Below, in pieces: positions 1 through 7,012 of a stretch of 32,000 nt of DNA (the first letter of the stretch is position 1; each line of letters begins with the position of its first letter). The notes under the pieces were generated by a model, which had not been told where the DNA came from, searched no databases, and was given only the letters and a program-made list of their open reading frames with translations. A program made the translations under genes and the position numbers. This DNA comes from Dubosiella newyorkensis (lineage in GTDB: Bacteria; Bacillota_I; Bacilli_A; Erysipelotrichales; Erysipelotrichaceae): assembly GCF_001945605.1 (NCBI RefSeq), contig NZ_MPKA01000139.1, positions 32,265 through 64,264 of the forward strand, read 5' to 3'.

Positions 1-177
1 GAGTTCTTTGTCACTCCGATTTTGCTTTGTGTCGTATTCACGACGGTCATCACGCCGATCTTGTTGAAGATCGTATATAAACATAAACCAGATGATCCTG
101 ATTTTACGCATCATGGAGAAACAAAAGTTGAAAAACAAGAGATCCATGAAGCGCTCACGGATCCAATTGTCGAGTAA
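1..177 (+). CDS. C-terminal fragment of a membrane (transporter-like) protein; the gene starts upstream of the window
   Basis: Frame 1 is open from the window edge to TAA 175-177. The tail reads EFFVTPILLCVVFTTVITPILLKIVYKHKPDDPDFTHHGETKVEKQEIHEALTDPIVE, one TM helix followed by a charged tail. A hairpin terminator follows. The family cannot be assigned from 58 aa. Confidence 0.4.
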   Translation, partial: EFFVTPILLCVVFTTVITPILLKIVYKHKPDDPDFTHHGETKVEKQEIHEALTDPIVE

Positions 178-180
178 TGC

Positions 181-209
181 AGGCCTGCTCTTTTAGCAGG
201 TCTTTTATT
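181..209 (+). terminator. Rho-independent terminator
   Basis: AGGCCTGCT (181-189) pairs with AGCAGGTCT (195-203), 9 bp with one G-U, around a 5-nt loop. A T-rich tail follows. Confidence 0.6.
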
Positions 210-282
210 GTGGTAAAAAATGGCTTAAGACTTTCTAAAAAAGAATTAAAATAAAGTGGTAATTAAGAAGGAAGGAAAGATT

Positions 283-1652
283 ATGGGTTTGGCAGCATTG
301 GCGCCATGGGTCGCAGGCTTTATTTTTTGTGTTCATGTTTATCCTTGTGATCACGGAAAAGTTTGAACGTCACATCGTTACTTTAGGGTGTGGGGAGGCT
401 GTCTTGGTGATCGTGTTTGGCTTTTGTTTGCGCTCGTGGCAGGCGGCATGGTATACGCTAAACATTCAAAATATCTTTACTTTAGATTTCTGGTATTCGG
501 CATCTGAAAGTGCCAAGTCTTCTTCAGGAATCAACTGGGCGACGATCTTATTCATTGCGGGAATGATGATCATGGTGGAAGGGATAGCTTCGGCTGGTTT
601 CTTTCGTTCGCTTTGTTTGCGGTTTGCGAAACTCGTCAAGTATCGTTCGACAAGGATTTTTTTTTGTTTTTATGATCATGTCTGCCATCTTGGCGATGTT
701 TATCGATAGTATCACGGTGATCTTGTTTTTGGCGGCTGTGACTGTCGAGTTGGCGCAGCTTTTGAAATTTGATCCGGTTCCTGTGATCTTGGCGGAGATC
801 TTTTGCGCGAATCTTGGGGGTGCGGCGACGATGTGCGGCGATCCGCCTAACATTATTATCGGAACGGCTTTAGGCTATTCTTTTTCTGATTTTATAAACA
901 ATACGGGGATGATCGCTGGAATTTCGCTGTTCTTTGTCGTACTCTACTTTTGGTTTTGTTTTGCGAAGAAATTAAAAAAGAGCGAAGCGTATTTAGAACA
1001 GATCGACTCTTTTCCAGATCCATCTCAAGCGATCTTGAATAGGATGTGTTTTATTCAATCGACTTTGATTTTTTTGCTTGCGATCGTTTTGCTTGTTTCG
1101 CATGCGTATACGCATTTGACGGTCGCTTTTATTGGTGTGTTCATCGCTTTGCTCACATTAGTTTGCGCAGGCTCTCAGGCGAAAGATTTGCTGAAACAAG
1201 TCGACTATAAGACGTTGTTGTTTTTTGTGGGGTTGTTCGTGGTCGTTGGCGGTTTGGAAGAAACGGGTGTTCTAGAAATCGTGGCGGAATGGATTGCAAA
1301 TTGGTCGAATGGAAATATTTATTTGATGGTTTTGGTCATTTTATGGGTTTCTGCTGTGGCTAGCGCGGTCGTTGATAATATTCCGTTTGCGGCGACGATG
1401 ATTCCGATCATTCGGATGTTGGCGCAAAGTCAATCGGTTCCTTTGACGACATTGGCTTGGACGTTGTCGATGGGTACGGATGTTGGTGGTTCTGCCACGC
1501 CGATTGGCGCAAGCGCCAATGTGGTGGGCACGGCTGTGGCGATGAAGGCGGGTTATCCGATCTCATGGGGAAAATATTGTAGATATTGTGTGACGGCGAC
1601 GTTGCTTGTGGTCATGATTTCGATGGTTTGTATTTTTGTGCGGTATGTGTAG
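283..1652 (+). pseudogene. ArsB/NhaD-family (YbiR-like) anion permease, interrupted by two +1 frameshifts at T tracts
   Basis: ATG 283 sits behind an AAGGAAGGAAAG RBS. The reading runs MGLAALAPWVAGFIF in one frame and continues FMFILVITEKFERH...INWATILFIAGMMIMVEGIASAGFF after the T6 tract 323-328. It then continues FVFMIMSAILAMFIDSITVILFLAAV...GGSATPIGASANVVG after the T9 tract 657-665. The protein is polytopic and about 456 aa once both shifts are repaired. Confidence 0.75.
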
Positions 1653-1664
1653 AGGGAAGAGACT

Positions 1665-2253
1665 ATGATTATAACGATTTCAAGAGAGTTTGGTAGTGGG
1701 GGTCGGGATATTTCGCGGGCATTGGCTGCCCATTATGATGTGCCGTTGTATGATCAAAATATGTTGAGCGAGATCGGGATCGATGAGAGTTATGATATCG
1801 ACCGGATCAATCAATACGATGAGGCGCCTCGTTGGATGATCCGTTCTCGAACGGTTCGGGGGTTGACGAATTCGAATATCGACAATATCGCGATGAAGGA
1901 GTTTGACTTTTTGCGCGAGAAGGCGAGGGTCAAAGAATCGTTTATCGTTCTTGGTCATTGTGGGGAAAGCATTTTGAAAGAATATGATCCGATTTCGATT
2001 TTTGTGAACGCGAGCATGGATTTGCGGATCGAGCGGACGATGCAAGAGTTTGAACTCGATGAAAAAGAGGCGTATGCGCTGACCAAAAAAAACGGATCGC
2101 AATCGCAAGATGTATCATAATTACTATTGCGACAATAAATGGGATGATTCTCGGTATTATGATTTGTGTATCGAGTCTTCGACGCTTGGGGTGGACGAAA
2201 CGATCGATTTTTTGATCGATTTTATTGACCGTTGTATCGAAGCAAGAAAATAA
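1665..2253 (+). pseudogene. Cytidylate kinase-like family protein (Cytidylate_kin2 type), +1 frameshift at an A8 tract
   Basis: The N-terminus MIITISREFGSGGRDISRALAAHYDVPLYDQ matches the family P-loop region. After A8 (2085-2092) the expected C-terminus KKTDRNRKMYHNYYCDNKWDDSRYYDLCIESSTLGVDETIDFLIDFI continues in the next frame to TAA 2251-2253. The RBS is GAGGGAAGAG. Confidence 0.7.
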
Positions 2254-2296
2254 AAAAACATAATTATAAAAAAATGAATCAATCTTTTCGGATATG

Positions 2297-2305
2297 TGCT
2301 ATAAT
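2297..2305 (+). promoter_or_regulatory. Extended -10 promoter element (TGCTATAAT)
   Basis: TGnTATAAT lies at 2297-2305, about 34 nt upstream of ATG 2339. The -35 element is weak. Confidence 0.4.
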
Positions 2306-2338
2306 TTGTAAAACAAGCGCTTACAAGAAAGGTACATT

Positions 2339-2431
2339 ATGGAAAGATTGACAGAAAAAAAGGGAACTACGGCCGAAAAAACGGTCATTCTTGGTCTGCT
2401 TATGATCGCATTGGTCTTAGCGAGCCTGTAA
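2339..2431 (+). CDS. Small hydrophobic peptide (30 aa), hypothetical
   Basis: The ORF reads MERLTEKKGTTAEKTVILGLLMIALVLASL, a charged N-terminus plus one TM helix. AGAAAGG lies upstream, and the ORF sits between the promoter element and the lipoprotein gene. It is below the ORF-track cutoff. Confidence 0.3.
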   Translation: MERLTEKKGTTAEKTVILGLLMIALVLASL

Positions 2432-2496
2432 AATGGAAAGTCATGCTCAATGATGCATGGCTTTTTTCAAGAATAGAAGAGATAGAAAGGATGAAT

Positions 2497-3525
2497 ATGA
2501 AGAAATCAAAAAAATGGATCGTATGGACGATCATGATAGTTTTCGTTGTTGGCTGCTTGATCATTTTTGTTCCGAATAAAAAAGAAGTGGTGCACGATGA
2601 CTTTGATTTTTGGAAAGAAACGTATGATATTCTTGCCAAGAAAATCGGTGGGCTTAAATTTGAGGACGCCTCTTGGAAGATCGTCTTGCAGGATCGAAAG
2701 AATGCAGTGGAGGCGGAATATCCTGGTCTTTTGATCCAATATGCAGAAGACGAAAACGATCGCCAGACGAAAACGAGCTTGAGCATGAATGAAGATTCCT
2801 CAAAGGATAAAGCGGTTGAATTCGTGTATGAGGTCAGCGAATTCGATGGAGACAATTTAAAGGCGGAGAAAGAATTTGTGTTGCGCTCCACCGACTATAA
2901 AGCTGAACAATTTAAGACGATTTATCGGGTGTATGAGTATCTGAATGGCGTGTTTGATCGTACGGATACCAAGGAAGGGTCTTTGACGATCCATGGAAAT
3001 GAGGTCGATTATGACGAGCTTCCCTTGATGAAGGAGGCATTTGAGCACTTCGATCTTTTACTTGAAAATATGGAAAACGAGTTTGGTGTTTCTTATGAGG
3101 GAACAAATTTTATCGGTGTTCCTACGATCGAGTTTTCGAAAGAGATAGCGCAGGATATTCAGTCGAAAGATTATTTTAGTGAAGTCCACTATAACGCGAA
3201 AGGGTATGGGATCGTGACGTTTTTGATGGTTGACGAGGATGAAAAGGTGGCTTCGTATGGCACCTATGATGTCACGCGTCAAGGATATGGATTCCGGTAT
3301 GATATGGCTTTAGTGCCACGGACGATAGAACAATGTTTTGATTTGGAAACACCAGCGGATATTGAAAAAGAAATGGTTTATTTTGATGGCGAAAGAGCGT
3401 ATATTTATCCCGCTGATTGGAGAGATGAGGATATTCTTTCGGATGTAAATCAAGGAGCAGAGAACGCGGTGGCTGTATTAAGTACGCAAAATAAAAGCTA
3501 TACTGATTATGAAAGAATCCCCTAA
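2497..3525 (+). CDS. Putative lipoprotein or membrane-anchored protein of unknown function
   Basis: GAAAGG RBS at 2485-2490, with ATG at 2491 and 2497. The N-terminus MKKSKKWIVWTIMIVFVVGCLII has a lipobox-like VVGC. The rest is acidic and soluble with no motif I recognise. Confidence 0.7.
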   Translation: MKKSKKWIVWTIMIVFVVGCLIIFVPNKKEVVHDDFDFWKETYDILAKKIGGLKFEDASWKIVLQDRKNAVEAEYPGLLIQYAEDENDRQTKTSLSMNEDSSKDKAVEFVYEVSEFDGDNLKAEKEFVLRSTDYKAEQFKTIYRVYEYLNGVFDRTDTKEGSLTIHGNEVDYDELPLMKEAFEHFDLLLENMENEFGVSYEGTNFIGVPTIEFSKEIAQDIQSKDYFSEVHYNAKGYGIVTFLMVDEDEKVASYGTYDVTRQGYGFRYDMALVPRTIEQCFDLETPADIEKEMVYFDGERAYIYPADWRDEDILSDVNQGAENAVAVLSTQNKSYTDYERIP

Positions 3526-3557
3526 AAATCTGGGTCGCTAAAAAACATTCTCATCAG

Positions 3558-3600
3558 GAAATGTGCCAGTTGATCGCATGATTTTCTGGCATTTCATATT
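3558..3600 (+). terminator. Possible terminator hairpin at the left edge of the AT-rich block
   Basis: GAAATGTGCCAG (3558-3569) pairs with CTGGCATTTC (3586-3595) with a 2-nt bulge. The loop is long and the tail is only moderately U-rich. Confidence 0.3.
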
Positions 3601-3706
3601 TATACCCTATGCATGAGAGGTTGTTTTTATTCCTAAGACGTAGCTTTTCATTCTGTCTAATATTTGTTACTCTAATAATAAACAAAAATTAGAAAGGGCT
3701 TAAAAT

Positions 3707-4417
3707 ATGAAAATATTAATCTGTGATAACAATCCTGATGATATTCATCATCTATCCCATTTACTTAACGAGTATTGCGAGTATAGACAACTTGTGATTC
3801 AAGACATAAAGATTTGTCATCATTCAAATGAAGTATTCCGTTCAATTCAGGATTGTGATCTCTTATTTCTGGATGTTGAATTAGATGACGAAAACGGAAT
3901 TGATATAGGGATGCAGATCAAAACAATGAATTGTCGCATTAGGATCATTATCACATCTGCTTTTCAGGATTATCTAATTGCCGGATATAAAATCAACGCT
4001 TGTCGTTATTTACTTAAGCCGATAGAAAAAATTGAATTTTTTATCGAAATGGATTCGATCATGAATGATTATTTTAAAAATCAGCAGGGATTTTATGAAA
4101 GAACAATTCAGCCAGGAAAGATTTTTTATCATCAGATTCTTTTTATTGAAGCATATAATCGAAAAACACAGATCACATTAGAAAACGGAAAATCAGGTAT
4201 CGTGAAGCATTCATTATCCGAGTGGATCGAAATACTAAAAGAACAGCCTTTTGATCAATCCCATAAGTCTGTTGTTGTCAATTTCAAAGCAATCCAAACA
4301 ATTGGTAAACAGGACATTTATTTACACAATGGACAAACCGTTCCGGTTTCGCGCCATTATCGAAAAAGCTTTTTGCAGAACTATATCAACTATTTACAAT
4401 GCGAGGATTACGAATGA
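3707..4417 (+). CDS. LytTR/AlgR-family response regulator (AgrA/ComE-like)
   Basis: The receiver domain has LLFLDVEL (phospho-acceptor Asp), IIITSAF and YLLKP. The acidic pocket reads CDNN rather than DD/DE. The C-terminal LytTR domain reads FIEAYNRKTQITLENGKSGIVKHSLSEWIEIL...SHKSVVVNFKAIQTI...VPVSRHYRKSF. The RBS is AGAAAGGG. Confidence 0.9.
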   Translation: MKILICDNNPDDIHHLSHLLNEYCEYRQLVIQDIKICHHSNEVFRSIQDCDLLFLDVELDDENGIDIGMQIKTMNCRIRIIITSAFQDYLIAGYKINACRYLLKPIEKIEFFIEMDSIMNDYFKNQQGFYERTIQPGKIFYHQILFIEAYNRKTQITLENGKSGIVKHSLSEWIEILKEQPFDQSHKSVVVNFKAIQTIGKQDIYLHNGQTVPVSRHYRKSFLQNYINYLQCEDYE

Positions 4418-5652
4418 TATTTTTATTTTTGTTCAACACTATTTATCTAGTCATAGCTTTTTATATAGGAAAAGAAATTATATCCGCAAGCATTTCTATA
4501 AAAAAGAACAGATTGTTTCTTATAGGGTTGTGGTTATTCTTGAATTTGGGAAATATTCCTATGTTTAGCTCCTGGAACGAAATCTTGGTTTTTTTTGCTT
4601 CGATTGCCTTATACCGCTTTCTGTTTAAACTTCCATGGTCAAAAGTTGTTCCTATTGCTTTTTGCTTTTTTTCAATCGCAAGTATTACAAAATATATTGG
4701 TGGATTATTATCTATATTCGAGATGTCTTTTAATGCACAAAACGAGGTATATACGAATGTATATTTTTTGACGCTCGCTTTGGCGATTCTTACTCTTTGG
4801 GGTTTTATAAAAATACTGGTCCATACTTTCCAGTTGTTTGATCAAAAAGTGCTTCCTTCTTATAGCTGGATTTTTATATTTCTTCCACTCTCTATTTTTG
4901 CTTTATTTTTAAACGCAGAAGATTATTTCAAAGTACTGGAATCACAACGCATAGTTATCGCACTGTTTCTCATTTTTGTCGTGTCCAATTTCATCTTGTC
5001 CTTTTTGCACTCTAAACTTACATCTGTAATGGAAATTGAAACCGAACTTGGAATTCAAAAGGAAAAAGAAAAACAGTTACTAAATCAAATAGAATTTTTA
5101 AATCAGCAACATAAATTAAACATGTCATTTGTTCATGAACTTTTACAAAAAGAGAATAAAATTGTCTCTTTAATAAAAGAAGGGAATGAACGCGAAGCAA
5201 TATCTACACTAGAATCCTTGGCACAAAATACATTTCAGGAATTTAATGGAATTCTTACCGAATCAAACGTTTTCAATGCGATCATTACGCAATTCCATCC
5301 TCGAATTCATCAGGCAGGATTTCAATTAAGAACGACAATTTCGATCAATGATTTTGAATTTATGAATTTATCGGAACAATATGATTTTTTTTATCATTTG
5401 ATTGATAATCTCCTTCATTGCGCAGAAAAACGAATTACTAAAACAGATCAATCAATTATTATCACTTGTAAACGCAACAAATCTTTTCGTAAAATTGAAT
5501 GCTTCATTCCGTTATCCACTCAAAACTTCGATTGTGATTTTGATGATAATTTTGCTTCTAAATATCATTTAAAAATACAGCATCAAAAACTGGAAGAGTA
5601 TAAAAAAGAAAAAATAGAATTGTTATTGAGCGATTTACAACCTGTTAAGTAA
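4414..5652 (+). CDS. AgrC/HPK10-like polytopic membrane sensor protein with an apparently degenerate ATPase domain
   Basis: ATG 4414 forms an ATGA overlap with the regulator stop and follows a GAGGA RBS. Six or seven predicted TM helices are followed by a coiled linker. The H-box-like segment is MSFVHELLQKENKIVSLIKEGNEREAISTLESL and the N-box-like segment is FFYHLIDNLLHCAEK. No DxGxG or GxGxGL motifs are visible in the last ~60 aa. Confidence 0.8.
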   Translation: MIFLFLFNTIYLVIAFYIGKEIISASISIKKNRLFLIGLWLFLNLGNIPMFSSWNEILVFFASIALYRFLFKLPWSKVVPIAFCFFSIASITKYIGGLLSIFEMSFNAQNEVYTNVYFLTLALAILTLWGFIKILVHTFQLFDQKVLPSYSWIFIFLPLSIFALFLNAEDYFKVLESQRIVIALFLIFVVSNFILSFLHSKLTSVMEIETELGIQKEKEKQLLNQIEFLNQQHKLNMSFVHELLQKENKIVSLIKEGNEREAISTLESLAQNTFQEFNGILTESNVFNAIITQFHPRIHQAGFQLRTTISINDFEFMNLSEQYDFFYHLIDNLLHCAEKRITKTDQSIIITCKRNKSFRKIECFIPLSTQNFDCDFDDNFASKYHLKIQHQKLEEYKKEKIELLLSDLQPVK

Positions 5653-5706
5653 AATAAGTACCTGTTGTTCCTGATTGCTGGATATAAATAAATAGTCATT
5701 TATAAT
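5639..5706 (+). promoter_or_regulatory. Direct repeats ACCTGTT (x2, 20-bp period) plus a TATAAT -10: candidate LytTR-dependent promoter
   Basis: aACCTGTTAAG (5639-5649) and tACCTGTTGTT (5659-5669) resemble the AgrA half-site ACAGTTAAG. TATAAT lies at 5701-5706 with no good -35, as expected for an activator-dependent promoter. Confidence 0.3.
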
Positions 5707-5788
5707 AGATTTAACAAATAATTATTTGGATAACAGAAAATCTCTCATACCGGTTTCAGAGATCCATAGTTAGAAAAGGAAAGCTATT

Positions 5789-6315
5789 ATGAATACTATA
5801 AAAAAATAAGTCAAATAATCATAACTACTATTTTTTGTGTTTCTCTTAGTTCCGAACATATTTTTGCAACCGAAAGGGTAGATCCTGAAGTTTCAGATAA
5901 TCCGGAAACTTCCACAAACGCAGAACCATATAATGAAGACACGAGAATGTATTCATTGGATGAATATATGAAAACATTTTCTCAGGATATGTCTTCCAAT
6001 GAAATAATCTTGCCTGACTATTCATCTTTGGATTTAGGTCTCGCACCATTGAGTTATTTACGCTATACTTCCTATATCTATGATGCGAGCGGCAATCAAC
6101 TTGGTACAGTTACACTCGATGCAGAAACCGCAATAATTGGTGGAAGACCACAATTCGTATATGATAAGTGTTACTTAGGTCATCCATCTGCTTATAACGG
6201 ATGGCCTTGCGTAGACTCAAGTCTATCTTTCTCGGGAGACCGAATTGTTGTTTATGCTACATTCTCAAATGGATATTTTCAACAAAGCGGTTCAGCTGTA
6301 TTTTATCCTCAATAA
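5789..6315 (+). pseudogene. Secreted protein of unknown function (~175 aa when repaired), frameshifted in an A7 tract inside the signal peptide
   Basis: ATG 5789 follows an AAAAGGA RBS and stops after 6 codons. The frame of ORF 5947-6315 is open back to 5770 and, with one more A (or two fewer) in A7 5800-5806, reads MNTIKKISQIIITTIFCVSLSSEHIFA/TERVDPEV..., a Sec-type signal peptide. There is no ATG, GTG or TTG in that frame before 5947. Confidence 0.55.
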
Positions 6316-6351
6316 ATCGTACTTCTCTAATAAATAAGATAAATTTAATCA

Positions 6352-6513
6352 ATGAAAACTAAAAAGCATATTTTTGCTATTCTTATTTTCATCCTGATTA
6401 TCGTGGGAATCTTAGCAGGTTATTTTCGTTCCTTTCAAAATACCCAAAGTATAGATGATCAGAAAATGTATACCCTTGATGAGTATCAGGAAAAATTTGA
6501 CCATAGCAAATGA
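6352..6513 (+). CDS. Small exported or membrane peptide (53 aa), hypothetical
   Basis: The ORF reads MKTKKHIFAILIFILIIVGILAGYFRSFQNTQSIDDQKMYTLDEYQEKFDHSK: an N-terminal signal or TM segment and a hydrophilic tail carrying the same MYxLDEYxxxF motif as the preceding gene. A terminator follows immediately. No clear RBS. Confidence 0.35.
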   Translation: MKTKKHIFAILIFILIIVGILAGYFRSFQNTQSIDDQKMYTLDEYQEKFDHSK

Positions 6514-6527
6514 AAAGATCTTCAAAA

Positions 6528-6556
6528 GAATCGGCCTATCCCCGGTCGATTTTTTA
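6528..6556 (+). terminator. Rho-independent terminator closing the LytTR block
   Basis: ATCGGCC (6530-6536) pairs with GGTCGAT (6544-6550) with one G-U. The loop is 7 nt and a T6 run follows. Confidence 0.6.
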
Positions 6557-6585
6557 ATTCGAAAATAGGAGGTGGCTACCCTATA

Positions 6586-6729
6586 TTGAACACCACTGCT
6601 CTTGTATTTACGGAGATTCCTTTTTCAAAAAGAAAAGCAGGCAGTCTGATCAATTCTTCCAAAGGCAAGATTTATATCCACAATCACGCGGATCTTGAAC
6701 GGGTCAGAATGATCCTGTCCTGTTTGTGA
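6586..6729 (+). CDS. Possible 47-aa ORF behind a strong RBS, hypothetical (possibly a truncated remnant)
   Basis: AGGAGGTGG at 6567-6575 is followed by TTG 6586. The ORF reads MNTTALVFTEIPFSKRKAGSLINSSKGKIYIHNHADLERVRMILSCL. It overlaps antisense ORF fragments, so it is uncertain which strand, if either, is coding. Confidence 0.25.
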   Translation: MNTTALVFTEIPFSKRKAGSLINSSKGKIYIHNHADLERVRMILSCL

Positions 6730-6998
6730 AATGTATTTGAAGTCTGGTTTTACCGAAATGCGCAAAGGGATCAACAAATACTTTAAATGGTAAACGTTGC
6801 TTTTAGCCCAGCCGACCTGCATAGACAGTAAATGTAGGAGTCATGTTCATCCCAAGTTCTTTGCAGACAGTCGATGTAGCCATTTTTACTCATCATTTTC
6901 AACGATTCTTCTCTCCTAGCTTGGCGGCTTCTATTTAGAATCCTTAAGCATCTATCATGCGTTTTTCTTAAAAACTTTCTACAATAGAAATAGAACAA
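6625..6998 (-). pseudogene. Fragmented minus-strand reading frames, possibly a decayed gene
   Basis: An AGGAGA RBS (complement of ~6914-6919) is followed by short frames: MMSKNGYIDCLQRTWDEH..., MATSTVCKELGMNMTPTFTVYAGRLG and MQVGWAKSNVYHLKYLLIPLRISVKPDFKYISQTGQDHSDPFKIRVIVDIN. They hand over to one another in three frames. No family recognised. Confidence 0.2.
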
Positions 6999-7012
6999 AG
7001 GAGAATAAGAAT

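Noticed and set aside
4251-4568. A 105-aa ORF spanning the regulator/sensor junction in a third frame.
   Set aside because: It overlaps two well-supported genes on the same strand, has no RBS, and its AT-rich composition explains the open frame.
3603-6589. A shared 8-mer TACCCTAT near both edges of the AT-rich block (about 3604-3611 and 6577-6584), considered as possible att-type direct repeats.
   Set aside because: An 8-nt match between two ~150-nt windows is expected by chance at appreciable frequency. There is no integrase, transposase or longer repeat to support it.
6672-6682. A DnaA-box-like ATATCCACA.
   Set aside because: It is a single copy with one mismatch to TTATCCACA. There is no cluster of boxes, no AT-rich unwinding element and no dnaA/dnaN context, so it is not an origin.
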